A stretch of DNA of 63,725 nt from contig SXUJ01000118.1 in NCBI GenBank assembly GCA_005790565.1, positions 1 through 63,725 on the forward strand. The letters run 5' to 3'. The notes beneath the pieces are model-generated. The model saw only the letters and a program-made list of their open reading frames with translations. It was not told the DNA's origin and made no database searches. The position numbers and the translations under genes are program-made. Source of the DNA: Planctomycetia bacterium (GTDB taxonomy: Bacteria > Planctomycetota > Phycisphaerae > Phycisphaerales > SM1A02). Shown piece after piece: positions 27,921-38,321 of the stretch (positions are counted from its first letter, which is position 1; each line of letters starts with the position of its first letter).

Positions 27921-28502
27921 ATGCCCGTTCCACGACTTGCGCCCTCGCGATGCGCGCTCTTGGTGATCGATCTTCAAGAGCGCATGATGCCCACCATCCA
28001 TGATGCCGATGCGACCATCACGAACACTGTCGCCATGATCGAAATCGCAAGGCTGCTCTCGATTCCCATTCTTGCGACTGAGCAATACACCAAAGGCCTA
28101 GGGAGATCTGTCCCCGCGATTGCGAACGCGCTACCGAGCGATGCGACCGTTTTTGAGAAGACCCAATTCAGCGCGATCGTGCCTGAGGTCGATGCGGCAC
28201 TCCGCCGTCTTGACCGCCCAGACATCCTTCTCTGCGGTGTGGAAACGCACATCTGCATCCTGCAAACGACGCTGGACCTGCTCGCTTCGGGTCGACAACC
28301 AATTCTCATCTCCGATGCTGTTTCCTCAAGCGAACCAACGCAGGCCAACCATGCGATTCGTCGGGCTGAGCGCTGCGGCGCGCTGACTTCCGGCGTACTC
28401 AGCGCCAGTTACGAACTCATGCAAGATGCTTCTCATCAAGCATTTAGATCGATTTTGACCGTGGTAAAAGCCCGAAAACTCCCCGCTTCCGACCTAGCCT
28501 AG
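27921..28502 (+). CDS. Isochorismatase-family hydrolase
   Basis: ALLVIDLQERMMP ... ILATEQYTKGLG ... ILLCGVETHICILQT is a cysteine-hydrolase fold pattern. Confidence 0.78.
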   Translation: MPVPRLAPSRCALLVIDLQERMMPTIHDADATITNTVAMIEIARLLSIPILATEQYTKGLGRSVPAIANALPSDATVFEKTQFSAIVPEVDAALRRLDRPDILLCGVETHICILQTTLDLLASGRQPILISDAVSSSEPTQANHAIRRAERCGALTSGVLSASYELMQDASHQAFRSILTVVKARKLPASDLA

Positions 28503-28666
28503 TTCGGCCATGCGCCTAGGGATTGTGTTAGGCTTACCCCCGTAGGATCACCCAAAGGGGAGTACCTGCACCCGTTCCAATTCTGCGCCCGTCCAAGAGC
28601 GCCGACCGATAGCCCTGCTCGACAACCATCGCGTACGCGCAGCAACCCAACTCAGGAGACCAACTG

Positions 28667-28855
28667 ATGGACCTCTACGATCGCCTCGTTCAAATGGTTC
28701 GTGAAGCTGAAGACGACATTCGCAAGGCCGCTGGCGGAAACAAGGCCGCTGGAACGCGCGCTCGCAAGGCCATGCAGGAAATCCGTGAAACCGCGCAGGC
28801 GATTCGCGTTGAGATCCTGTCAAAGCGCGGCCCTGGCGAGCCCGAAGGCGCCTAA
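28667..28855 (+). CDS. Histone H1-like nucleoid protein (Hc1 family)
   Basis: The 62-aa protein MDLYDRLVQMVREAEDDIRKAAGGNKAAGTRARKAMQEIRETAQAIR resembles the chlamydial Hc1 N-terminal domain, notably the GNKAA...R.R pattern. A good AGGAG ribosome-binding site sits 7 nt upstream. Confidence 0.72.
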   Translation: MDLYDRLVQMVREAEDDIRKAAGGNKAAGTRARKAMQEIRETAQAIRVEILSKRGPGEPEGA

Positions 28856-28962
28856 CCCGACGAATCGCACACCGCGCAGCACCCGACGCGAAGACTGAAG
28901 CGCGCGCTTCGGATTTGGGGCGGCGCTCCCCGTTTCGCCCCTCACCGCATGAGAAATGAGTT

Positions 28963-29436
28963 TTGGCAAGTCCCCTCCTCTTCGACATCGCCGACATCGA
29001 CCTAGCGCAAGATCTCGGCTCCGGTGCAGGACTCGACAGCACCCTTCCCCAAGTAGGGGACTTCCGCATGCTCGATCGAGCAATTTGGACGAGTGAAGAC
29101 CGCCTTTCTGGACTCGGAGTGAAGCACTGCCGAGCCGATGAGTTTTGGGCGAAGTGCCATATTCCCGGCCGACCGCTCTTTCCGGGGGTGCTGCAAATCG
29201 AAGCGGCTGCGCAAATGGCGAGTTGGCTCTATCGCACGCGAAACCCGAACTTGGGGTTCATTGGATTCATGCGATGCGACAATGTCGTGTTCCGAGGACA
29301 GGTTGTCCCGGGCGATGATTTTTTCGTACTCGTCAGGGAAGTTTCGGCAACTGCAAAGCGCTTCGTGAGCGACGCGCAGGGGGTGGTCCGAGGGAAACTC
29401 GCCTTCGAAGCACGCGTGACCGGCTTTACTATGTAG
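28963..29436 (+). CDS. FabA/FabZ-like hotdog-fold dehydratase
   Basis: CHIPGRPLFPGVLQIEAAAQMASWL matches the GHFPxxPxxPGVLxxEAxAQ active-site region. The start is a TTG. Confidence 0.72.
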   Translation: MASPLLFDIADIDLAQDLGSGAGLDSTLPQVGDFRMLDRAIWTSEDRLSGLGVKHCRADEFWAKCHIPGRPLFPGVLQIEAAAQMASWLYRTRNPNLGFIGFMRCDNVVFRGQVVPGDDFFVLVREVSATAKRFVSDAQGVVRGKLAFEARVTGFTM

Positions 29437-29460
29437 CCGTTCAACGCTGTTTCGTTCGAT

Positions 29461-30507
29461 GTGCCCCTCCCACCCGTGCTTCCATTTCTCCGACTACTCC
29501 CGATCCTGAAAACGCGCGCCTGGGGAGGGCGTGGACTTGCAACCCTCGGTAAGGCCCTCCCGCCCAACGAGAAGATCGGTGAGAGTTGGGAACTCGCGGA
29601 TCTTCCCACATCCATCCCCGATGGAATCTCTCGCGTTGCAGCCGGACCGTATCTCGGCCGAACGCTCGCCGAATTGCGCACATCGCACGGGGATGCGCTC
29701 CTCGGAATGGCGATCCCGACCAAGGACGGGGCGTTCCCGCTACTCGTGAAATTCCTCGACGCCCACGAGGATCTCTCGGTGCAACTCCATCCGGACGCCG
29801 CCTATGCAAGAGCGCATCCGCAAGCACACCTGAAGAGCGAAGCCTGGATCGTGCTAGAAGCGCAGCCGGGTGCTCGCGTCTACCGTGGGCTCAAACACGC
29901 CGTCACGCGCGAACAGTTCTTCGCAGCCGTGCGAGGCGGTACCGCACTCGAACACCTCGAGTCGCGCGAAGTCCATGAGGGGGATTGCATCTACCTTCCG
30001 AGTGGCATCTGCCACGCCTTGGGAAAAGGCATTCTCGCCGCAGAGATCCAAACGCCAAGTGATACGACATTCCGTATCTTCGATTGGAACCGCAATGATC
30101 CAGCACGAGCGTTGCATCTGACAGAAGCATCCGAGTGCTTGCGCGTCGGCGCGGAACAAGAGGATCACGGCATCCCTGGCTTCGTGACTTCCGCGACTGC
30201 CCTTACCCTTGAAGCAGGTGGATTTCGCACCCAACGACTCTGCCGATCTCCGTTTTTCACCATTGAACGGGTAACGGCGCTGCGAGAGACGACGCTTCCG
30301 ATCACGCCGAGCGGGATCCCCGAAGTCTGGATCGTGCTCGCGGGTGCGCTTGCGATTACGGGCGACGGTTTCCCAACACTCGACGCGGCCGTCGGCGACA
30401 CCATGCTCCGTCCGGCCTCTGCGGCGCCGGGGATCGCTCGGTTTGCAACGGGGACTACGATCCTCCGCGCAACGCCAGCCAATGCACTCGACCGCGCGCT
30501 CGCCTAA
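29461..30507 (+). CDS. manA: Type I mannose-6-phosphate isomerase
   Basis: LKTRAWGGRGL ... IGESWELADLP ... FPLLVKFLDAHEDLSVQLHPD ... SEAWIVLEA ... IYLPSGICHALG. Confidence 0.85.
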   Translation: MPLPPVLPFLRLLPILKTRAWGGRGLATLGKALPPNEKIGESWELADLPTSIPDGISRVAAGPYLGRTLAELRTSHGDALLGMAIPTKDGAFPLLVKFLDAHEDLSVQLHPDAAYARAHPQAHLKSEAWIVLEAQPGARVYRGLKHAVTREQFFAAVRGGTALEHLESREVHEGDCIYLPSGICHALGKGILAAEIQTPSDTTFRIFDWNRNDPARALHLTEASECLRVGAEQEDHGIPGFVTSATALTLEAGGFRTQRLCRSPFFTIERVTALRETTLPITPSGIPEVWIVLAGALAITGDGFPTLDAAVGDTMLRPASAAPGIARFATGTTILRATPANALDRALA

Positions 30508-30536
30508 ACGCGATCGAGACTGAGAGAGACGCTACA

Positions 30537-31709
30537 TTGAAACTCCCCATGAATCTACGCCGACTGCGCTTCCACGGCTCGCTTCTCGCCGCCTGCTTCG
30601 CCATCGCCTCGCCAGTTTTCGCGGAGGTAATCGCGGTGAAGCCAAGCGACGACCTCGCCAGGATCAGCGCGAGTGCAAAGCCAGGCGACGAGATTGTTCT
30701 CGCGCCTGGGGTGTATGGCGCGACGACTCTGACGAACATTCGTGGCGAGGCGGGCAAGCCGATCACGCTCCGAGGTCCCATGGGCCCAAACTTCGCCGAG
30801 TTTGACGCGAAGGATGGACCCTACGCGCTCCGCTTGAGCCAGTGCACCTTCGTCACCATCGAAAATCTGATCATGTGGGACGCGCGAGATGCAGCTCTCG
30901 ATGTCGAAACGCTCGGACCGAAAGCCGAACAGATCATGCTGCGCAACATTGGCTTTGGATTCCGCAATTCAACGCGTGATTCCATCGGTATTCGCGTCTC
31001 CGGCGTGCGAGGCCTCACGATCGACAAGTGCCGCGTAAATGGCGTGGGCGGGTGCGGCGTGCACCTTCAACATGTCGAACAAGCGATCGTCTCCGCCCTT
31101 GACTGTCACCCACGCAACCGAATGCAACAGCAGACAGGCATCGTGGTGGGTGGTCCCTCGAAGGATGTGGTCATCACGCGATGCGTCTTCCGGTATGGCA
31201 TCAAGTCGATCCTCTCTATCGGCGTCCGCTACGACGCCGCAGAGATTGAAGAATCAATTCCGCTCGTCGAGCGCTGCACGGTGACTGAAGTTCGCGCAGA
31301 CGCGTCGCAGTGCTTCTTGGAACTCGGCTCCGTCCTCGGGCTCTCCGTGAAAAACTGCAGCACGCTCGACGCACAGGGAGAGATTTTCACAATCATCCTC
31401 CCGCCGCCAGGAAGGCCGGCACTCGAAGGCGAGATCGACCACATCCTTGCCACATGGAGCCCAGGGTTCCTGAGACGATTTGGATCAATCGAAGCCAAGG
31501 CCAGCGCTGAAAAACTCCGACTTGGCTCCAATCTCTTCTTCTCTGCGGAGCTTCCGGAGGCGGCGAAAGTTCTCGGGACGATCCCAGGCACCCCCACTTC
31601 GCCGCAGATCATGAACATTGACCCCAAGATCGACGCACGGGGCGTCGCGACCGAACCCTCTGCTCGCGGGTACGGGGTCAGCGACCTGGGACCGTCAAAG
31701 CCCAGCTGA
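30537..31709 (+). CDS. Secreted right-handed parallel beta-helix repeat protein
   Basis: Signal peptide LLAACFAIASPVFAEV, followed by repetitive segments typical of pectate-lyase-like beta-helices (ITLRG, VTIENLIMWD, LTIDKCRVNG, VVITRCVF). Confidence 0.62.
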   Translation: MKLPMNLRRLRFHGSLLAACFAIASPVFAEVIAVKPSDDLARISASAKPGDEIVLAPGVYGATTLTNIRGEAGKPITLRGPMGPNFAEFDAKDGPYALRLSQCTFVTIENLIMWDARDAALDVETLGPKAEQIMLRNIGFGFRNSTRDSIGIRVSGVRGLTIDKCRVNGVGGCGVHLQHVEQAIVSALDCHPRNRMQQQTGIVVGGPSKDVVITRCVFRYGIKSILSIGVRYDAAEIEESIPLVERCTVTEVRADASQCFLELGSVLGLSVKNCSTLDAQGEIFTIILPPPGRPALEGEIDHILATWSPGFLRRFGSIEAKASAEKLRLGSNLFFSAELPEAAKVLGTIPGTPTSPQIMNIDPKIDARGVATEPSARGYGVSDLGPSKPS

Positions 31710-31799
31710 ACCGCGAGCTTGGTTCGTCCGCGAATGGAATCGGAGAGGATGGCCGAGCGTCATTTGTCGGAGTCCGAAGCCCCGCTGCTTCGGCCCACG

Positions 31800-32447
31800 A
31801 TGAGTTTCATGAGCGACACGCCATCCAATCCGAACGCTCCGTCAACCCCGCGCGGGGTTGAGGCGGCGGCGTCGGCTCAGTCGGCGGCTCCAGTCACGGC
31901 ACGCGAGTTGCATCGATGGATCGGCGTGCTTTCGCCCTCACTCCTTCGACTTTCTACCTCCATCGTGCACGATCAGCATCTCGCCGAAGAGATCGTTCAA
32001 GAGGCGTGGGTTCGCCTCTGGAAGCACCCGCCGGACGGTGGCGAGATTGCGTTCAAGAGTTGGATGCGATCCACGGTCACCAATCTCAGCATTAGTGCCA
32101 CGCGCCGAAAGAAGCGGCCACAGTCACTCCCCGACGAGAGCCATGCCACGCGCGACACGCGCGCGCTCTTGCCGCAAGTTGATCTTGCCCGCCGAGAAGA
32201 AGTGCTCCGCGTGCAACGCGCGCTCGATCGCCTCGACCCAGACAAGCGCCAGATGATCATGCTCCGCGTGAACGAAGGGCTGTCTTATGATTCGATCGCG
32301 CAGCATTTGGGTGTCCCGATTGGAACCGTGATGAGTCGATTGAATCGCGCTCGGCTCGCGCTGCTGGGCGAACTCGAGGATAGTGAATCGAAGGAGCCCT
32401 CGACCCTTCCCCAAAGCTACGACATCAAGAAGTACCGTGAAGCCTGA
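31800..32447 (+). CDS. ECF-type RNA polymerase sigma factor
   Basis: Region 2 is LAEEIVQEAWVRLWKH. Region 4 is MIMLRVNEGLSYDSIAQHLGVPIGTVMSRLNRARLAL. The start is uncertain, with candidates at 31719, 31734, 31749 and 31800. Confidence 0.85.
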   Translation: MSFMSDTPSNPNAPSTPRGVEAAASAQSAAPVTARELHRWIGVLSPSLLRLSTSIVHDQHLAEEIVQEAWVRLWKHPPDGGEIAFKSWMRSTVTNLSISATRRKKRPQSLPDESHATRDTRALLPQVDLARREEVLRVQRALDRLDPDKRQMIMLRVNEGLSYDSIAQHLGVPIGTVMSRLNRARLALLGELEDSESKEPSTLPQSYDIKKYREA

Positions 32448-32473
32448 GACTGTGAAGCCCACTGGAGATCGCA

Positions 32474-33235
32474 ATGGAACATATCGACTGCACACAATTC
32501 AAGGCCTGCCTCTCGGGCTACATGGACGACGAACTCACGCGCGCGGAGCGGCTCGGCGTCGATGCGCACATTGTGGGTTGCGCACCTTGCCGAGGATTGC
32601 TCGCGCGCGCTGAGTCGCTCGACCAAGACCTCAAGAGCGTGTGGAATGAAGCAGAAACCTCTGCTGACTCCTTCCTTCCGGCAGACTTCGAGAAGCGCGT
32701 CTTTGCTGCGATTCGGCTCGATTCCGAACGCACCTGGCGACCGCGCATCGCGCTTGCTGCGGCGGCAATCGTGCTGCTCTCGGGTGTCACGGCGTGGTGG
32801 ATCTTCCGTCCGGTTGCCGAGCCCAATCGTCCGTTCGCTCCTGGCGACTTCGGCAGTGGCGGCGTGGTTGCAACTCTTCCGGTCAATACGCAGCCGAGCG
32901 ACGCCGCCATCGCCCTTGCATCGCTCACTGCCGATGACTCGCAGGCGATGTACGCAACTGCGATTCTCCTCGAGAGTGCGCGCCGGACGGCATTCGCAGA
33001 GCAGTCCAAGCGCAACCTCCTGCGCGAGACAGCGGACTACGACGAACTCGTAGCGCGGCTTGACAACATCCTGCCGAAGCTGAGTGGTGAAGATCGCGCA
33101 TCGGTTGCGGCTGCGCGAGAACTCGCGCAAGAAATCGTTCGAGAGGATCTCGACGAGCGCGCGTGGACAGCGGTTCAATCTCGACTCGAGGAAACCGAAC
33201 TGTCAGTCGCGATGGATCGACTCTCTTCACTCTGA
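32474..33235 (+). CDS. Zinc-finger (HxxxCxxC) anti-sigma factor, single-pass membrane
   Basis: CTQFKACLSGYMDDELTRAERLGVDAHIVGCAPCRGL, then a TM helix IALAAAAIVLLSGVTAWWIF. It lies directly downstream of the ECF sigma gene. Confidence 0.8.
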   Translation: MEHIDCTQFKACLSGYMDDELTRAERLGVDAHIVGCAPCRGLLARAESLDQDLKSVWNEAETSADSFLPADFEKRVFAAIRLDSERTWRPRIALAAAAIVLLSGVTAWWIFRPVAEPNRPFAPGDFGSGGVVATLPVNTQPSDAAIALASLTADDSQAMYATAILLESARRTAFAEQSKRNLLRETADYDELVARLDNILPKLSGEDRASVAAARELAQEIVREDLDERAWTAVQSRLEETELSVAMDRLSSL

Positions 33236-33369
33236 TGCAATGACTCGGCTCGGCAAAATCTGCGCGACACCCTCATAGGTGCCTCACACGAGGCCTCACA
33301 GCCGAACTTCCCCGCACAGATCAACCACAAGAGTTTCGCAACTCGCTCGAACGCTCCCGCACCTTGGGG

Positions 33370-33375
33370 TATATT
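33370..33375 (+). promoter_or_regulatory. Candidate -10 element (TATATT) upstream of ORF 33392
   Basis: This is a conspicuous AT hexamer in GC-rich DNA. The -35 is weak (TCGAAC, 17-nt spacer). It is a pattern only. Confidence 0.25.
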
Positions 33376-33391
33376 CACGCAAGAGACTTCC

Positions 33392-33760
33392 ATGGACGGA
33401 ATCAGCGGACCAATTCCATTTCATATCGCGAAGGCGTACGGCGTGCGAGCGGCGGTTGAACCGACAAGGCTGGCGAGCGCGCCGTTGAAGTCGATTGCCG
33501 CAACCGGAAGTTTGGACGCCGGAGTCGTCAGACCAGCCTTCCCGCAGGATCGATTCGCCTCCAGACTCGACACGATGGTGAGCGGAAGTGTGGATTCACC
33601 CATTGGGCGCGGCGAGGGATTCGACGCCCCCTCCTCTGCAGTCGCGACGAACCCCAGAGCATCCGCGGGCGACCGATTCAGGATGTACTCCCGCGCCGCC
33701 GACGCGGTTGAAGTCTCGACAGCCGTGACGCTCGGCCGCCAAATCGACACGCTGGCGTAG
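33392..33760 (+). CDS. Hypothetical protein (122 aa)
   Basis: The ORF follows the sigma/anti-sigma pair. I recognise no family, and its coding status is uncertain. A weak GC hairpin plus T-rich tract at 33799-33821 follows it. Confidence 0.4.
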   Translation: MDGISGPIPFHIAKAYGVRAAVEPTRLASAPLKSIAATGSLDAGVVRPAFPQDRFASRLDTMVSGSVDSPIGRGEGFDAPSSAVATNPRASAGDRFRMYSRAADAVEVSTAVTLGRQIDTLA

Positions 33761-33870
33761 CCGGTCCGTTCCATCCCGAATTTGGTCAGATTCCCATTGC
33801 CCTTCAGGGGCTTGTTTCGTTGCGGCGCGGAGGCGAAGTCGGTATAGTCCGACCCCCCTCGGAATCGTGA

Positions 33871-35409
<1,539 letters not shown>

Positions 35410-35442
35410 CCGCGATTCCTGACAATTCACACGCTCTTTGGC

Positions 35443-35476
35443 GGGACTCCGAACTTCGGAGTTCCGCTTTCTTTTC
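35443..35476 (+). terminator. Rho-independent terminator after atpD
   Basis: gggactccga / tcggagttcc forms a ~10-bp stem (one G-U pair) with a 3-nt loop, followed by gctttcttttcg. Confidence 0.7.
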
Positions 35477-35570
35477 GAAGAACAATTGCACGTGTGCAGG
35501 CAGGGTGTATGGTTTCAAGAACCAAGCATGCTTTTCCGGCGTGCTATCCATCTCGCTAAGAGCTTCTCAC

Positions 35571-37829
35571 ATGCAAAGTTTCACGCGCCACGCACCCCAC
35601 GCCATCGTCCCAACCCTTCTGACCGCCTTCGCGTTCGCTGGCGGAGGAAGGCCGATCGCGGAGTTGAGCGCGAACAGCCACGCGCTCAAGGATGTGCATT
35701 GGGAGATGCCGTCGCATGCATCGTTGAGCCGTCAGTTCGGCATTGATCACGTCATCGCGCCCACCGTGCAGTTTGGCGCTCCTGACATTGGCACATTCGT
35801 GATGGAAGACGAAGCGACTCCGCAACCAGCGCCTGTCCGCTTTGCGGTTCCGATCAACATTCCGCTCTCGCTCGGTGATGGTCAGTGGGTCGAGGTTGTC
35901 GGCGGCCGCGTTTGGCGCGTCGCGATTGCAGGCGACGATTCGCTCTGTTCACGCATCCATCTCTCCGGACTCGCGCTTGGCGCGGGCGAACGATTGACAA
36001 TGCATACGCCATCTCGCGAAGGCACTGCGACGGACACCTATGAGGGATACGGAGAATTCGGCACCGGCGAAGCGTGGAGCATGTTCACGCCCGAGGCGCG
36101 TGCGCAAATCGATTGGTTCGTTCCATCAGGCGTGGCGGTGAAGTCGCTTCCGTTCTCTGGCGCCGAGTACTCCTACGGCTATCGCGATGTCTTCCCCGTG
36201 GAACGCGCGGGCGGCGGAGATGGCGGTATCGCAGGGAACTGCCACAACCAGCCGATTTGCTACACCGCGTGGAGCGTCGAGTCGGGCGCGACGGCGCGCT
36301 TGCTCTTTGGCGGCGGCTTTCTGTGCTCTGGTCAATTCAACGCAACCACGGCGCTCGATGAGACGCCGTATGTCTCGACGGCCAACCACTGCATCAGCAC
36401 GCAAACCGATGCGAACAGTTGCCAATTCAATCTGTTCTACCGCGCCAATACTTGCGGCGGCGCTGCGGCGGCAGGCACAACCATCACAGGCGCCGACCTC
36501 ACGCTCACTTGGCTTGCAAGCGACTGCTCACTCTTGATGGTTCGCCCAACGCTTCCTACCGGAACTGCGTGGGCTGGCTGGACCAACGCAAATCCCGCCC
36601 TGAACACCGCATCCACTGGCCTCCACCACCCTGGCGGTGCTCCCCAAGCGATTTCGTTCGGCGTGAAGAATGCTTCGAGTTTCAACTGCGGCAGCCCCAC
36701 GGGCAATTGGAACAGTCTGAGTTGGAACAATGGCATCACGGAGGGTGGATCGAGTGGCTCCGCGATCTATCGCGACAGCGATCACAAGATGTACGGCGTC
36801 CTTACCTGCGGCGCGAGCTCATGCAGCAATCTCGCGGGTGATGATGGGTATGGTCGCTGGGACATCGCGGTAAACAGCGGTGGATTCGCAGCCAAACTTG
36901 CTGCCGGCCTCGACGACACACAGGAACAGAATGACACTTGCGCGACGGCGAAAGCGCTGACGGCAGGCACCTACACGGCGCTCGTTGTCAAGCGCCTCGA
37001 CGAAGACTGGTACTCACTCCCCGTTCCAAACGGATCGACCGTGACGGTCAGCATGACCTTCACCCACGCCAACGGTGATGTGGATGCCCAGATTTTTGGA
37101 ACCTGCGGCGGCGCGGTCTTGCTTGATCGCGCCGCAAACACGAACAATGAGAGCTTCACCTACACAAACACCTCCGGCTCCAGTTCACTACTGATGCGCG
37201 TCTATCTCGGCGCCGACACTCGCAATGACTACTCGTTGACCTTTAGCGTTTCCTCTCCAGCACCCAGTAACGACAACTGCGTCACCGCGACGAGTGTGGT
37301 CGCGGGCGCGTATGCGCTCTCGACGGTGGGCGCGACAACCAGCACCCCTGCGGTGAACAGTGCGTGCGACGGAAGCGCAATCTCCGCGATCTATAACGAT
37401 GTGTGGTACGCCTTCACCGCCACTTGCAACGGGACCGCGACGGCGACGACCTGCGGAGCGAGCTTTGATTCCGCGCTCGTGGTCTATGCCGCCGGCGCCT
37501 GCCCGACCACCTCGAGCACGATCCTTGCCTGCAACAACAATGGCGCAGGCTGCGGATCCGCAAGCGCCGTCAGTTGGTCCGTCACCAATGGCTCGACTTA
37601 CCTCGTGCGCGTAGGCGCTGCGGCTGCGACAACGGGGACGGGCAGCCTTGTCCTTGCATGCGCGGTGAATTGCCCCGCAGATAAGGACGGAACCGGCTAT
37701 GTCGACGGCGCGGATCTCACGATCCTCCTCAACGGCTGGGGCTCGGCGAGCGGCGATGTCGATGGCAATGGATCCACCGATGCTTCGGATATCGCGGCCA
37801 TGCTCAATGCATGGGGCGCGTGCCCTTGA
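35571..37829 (+). CDS. Secreted multidomain S1-like (trypsin/lysyl-endopeptidase-like) serine protease with PPC-like domain, Cys-containing beta-sandwich and C-terminal dockerin-like tail
   Basis: The start ATG at 35571 gives MQSFTRHAPHAIVPTLLTAFAFA. The His motif is VSTANHCIS and the Ser motif is GITEGGSSGSAIY. The PPC-like region is NDTCATAKAL ... DEDWYSL ... GDVDAQIF. The tail is DKDGTGYVDGADLTILLNGWG ... DVDGNGSTDASDIAAMLNAWG. Confidence 0.8.
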   Translation: MQSFTRHAPHAIVPTLLTAFAFAGGGRPIAELSANSHALKDVHWEMPSHASLSRQFGIDHVIAPTVQFGAPDIGTFVMEDEATPQPAPVRFAVPINIPLSLGDGQWVEVVGGRVWRVAIAGDDSLCSRIHLSGLALGAGERLTMHTPSREGTATDTYEGYGEFGTGEAWSMFTPEARAQIDWFVPSGVAVKSLPFSGAEYSYGYRDVFPVERAGGGDGGIAGNCHNQPICYTAWSVESGATARLLFGGGFLCSGQFNATTALDETPYVSTANHCISTQTDANSCQFNLFYRANTCGGAAAAGTTITGADLTLTWLASDCSLLMVRPTLPTGTAWAGWTNANPALNTASTGLHHPGGAPQAISFGVKNASSFNCGSPTGNWNSLSWNNGITEGGSSGSAIYRDSDHKMYGVLTCGASSCSNLAGDDGYGRWDIAVNSGGFAAKLAAGLDDTQEQNDTCATAKALTAGTYTALVVKRLDEDWYSLPVPNGSTVTVSMTFTHANGDVDAQIFGTCGGAVLLDRAANTNNESFTYTNTSGSSSLLMRVYLGADTRNDYSLTFSVSSPAPSNDNCVTATSVVAGAYALSTVGATTSTPAVNSACDGSAISAIYNDVWYAFTATCNGTATATTCGASFDSALVVYAAGACPTTSSTILACNNNGAGCGSASAVSWSVTNGSTYLVRVGAAAATTGTGSLVLACAVNCPADKDGTGYVDGADLTILLNGWGSASGDVDGNGSTDASDIAAMLNAWGACP

Positions 37830-37858
37830 TCTGACCTCCGATCACAGTCGAACTCCAC

Positions 37859-37896
37859 AAGCGAGCGAGGAGCATTCCTCGCTCGCTTTCTTTTTG
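37859..37896 (+). terminator. Strong Rho-independent terminator (possibly bidirectional)
   Basis: A perfect 13-bp stem, aagcgagcgagga / tcctcgctcgctt, closes a GCAT loop and is followed by tctttttg. It sits between the convergent genes ending at 37829 (+) and 37907 (-). Confidence 0.82.
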
Positions 37897-37906
37897 CGTT
37901 TCACGC

Positions 37907-38263
37907 TTACTTCGGCTCTGCCCAAAGCGGGTAGGACTTGCTCACTACTTGGCCGTCTTTGTCGAAGGTGACGGAGTAGACGCGCTCGGGCGCGGCGTCC
38001 CGATACACGGCGCTTGAAGCAACGCTTGAGAGATTGTCGCCCCACTGATAGCGCACGCCATCCATGCCGTGCTCCGCGGAGTTCAACTGCCATGTCGAAC
38101 TTGGCTCTCCGAGTTGTTCATGGACTTGATCCATGCTCATGCCTTCTGAGACCGCGTCAAAGTTGTCGACGGTCTGACTCGACGCACATGCTCCGAGGAA
38201 CGCTCCGGCGGCCGCCAAACCGAGAACGGCGATATCTCGAACGACCGTGTGGTGTAGATGCAT
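37907..38263 (-). CDS. Small lipoprotein, SmpA/OmlA (BamE)-like
   Basis: The start ATG at 38263 gives MHLHHTVVRDIAVLGLAAAGAFLGACASS, with lipobox LGAC. The segment GMSMDQVHEQLGEPSS resembles BamE-fold proteins. Confidence 0.6.
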   Translation of the reverse strand: MHLHHTVVRDIAVLGLAAAGAFLGACASSQTVDNFDAVSEGMSMDQVHEQLGEPSSTWQLNSAEHGMDGVRYQWGDNLSSVASSAVYRDAAPERVYSVTFDKDGQVVSKSYPLWAEPK

Positions 38264-38321
38264 GAACCCATTGTGACCGAATCGCGGTCCGAGCGCCGTT
38301 GCGCGGAGTACGCTTCCCGGC

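Noticed and set aside
28548-29069. A 173-aa minus-strand ORF overlapping the Hc1-like gene.
   Set aside because: The plus-strand gene has a strong ribosome-binding site and family-like sequence. The minus-strand ORF is Arg/Ser/Pro-rich junk.
31709-31800. An ECF-type autoregulatory promoter (TGAACC ... CGTC/CGAAT) upstream of the sigma gene.
   Set aside because: The spacer lengths are 13 or 18 nt, which do not fit the usual 16-17 nt. The match is too weak to call.
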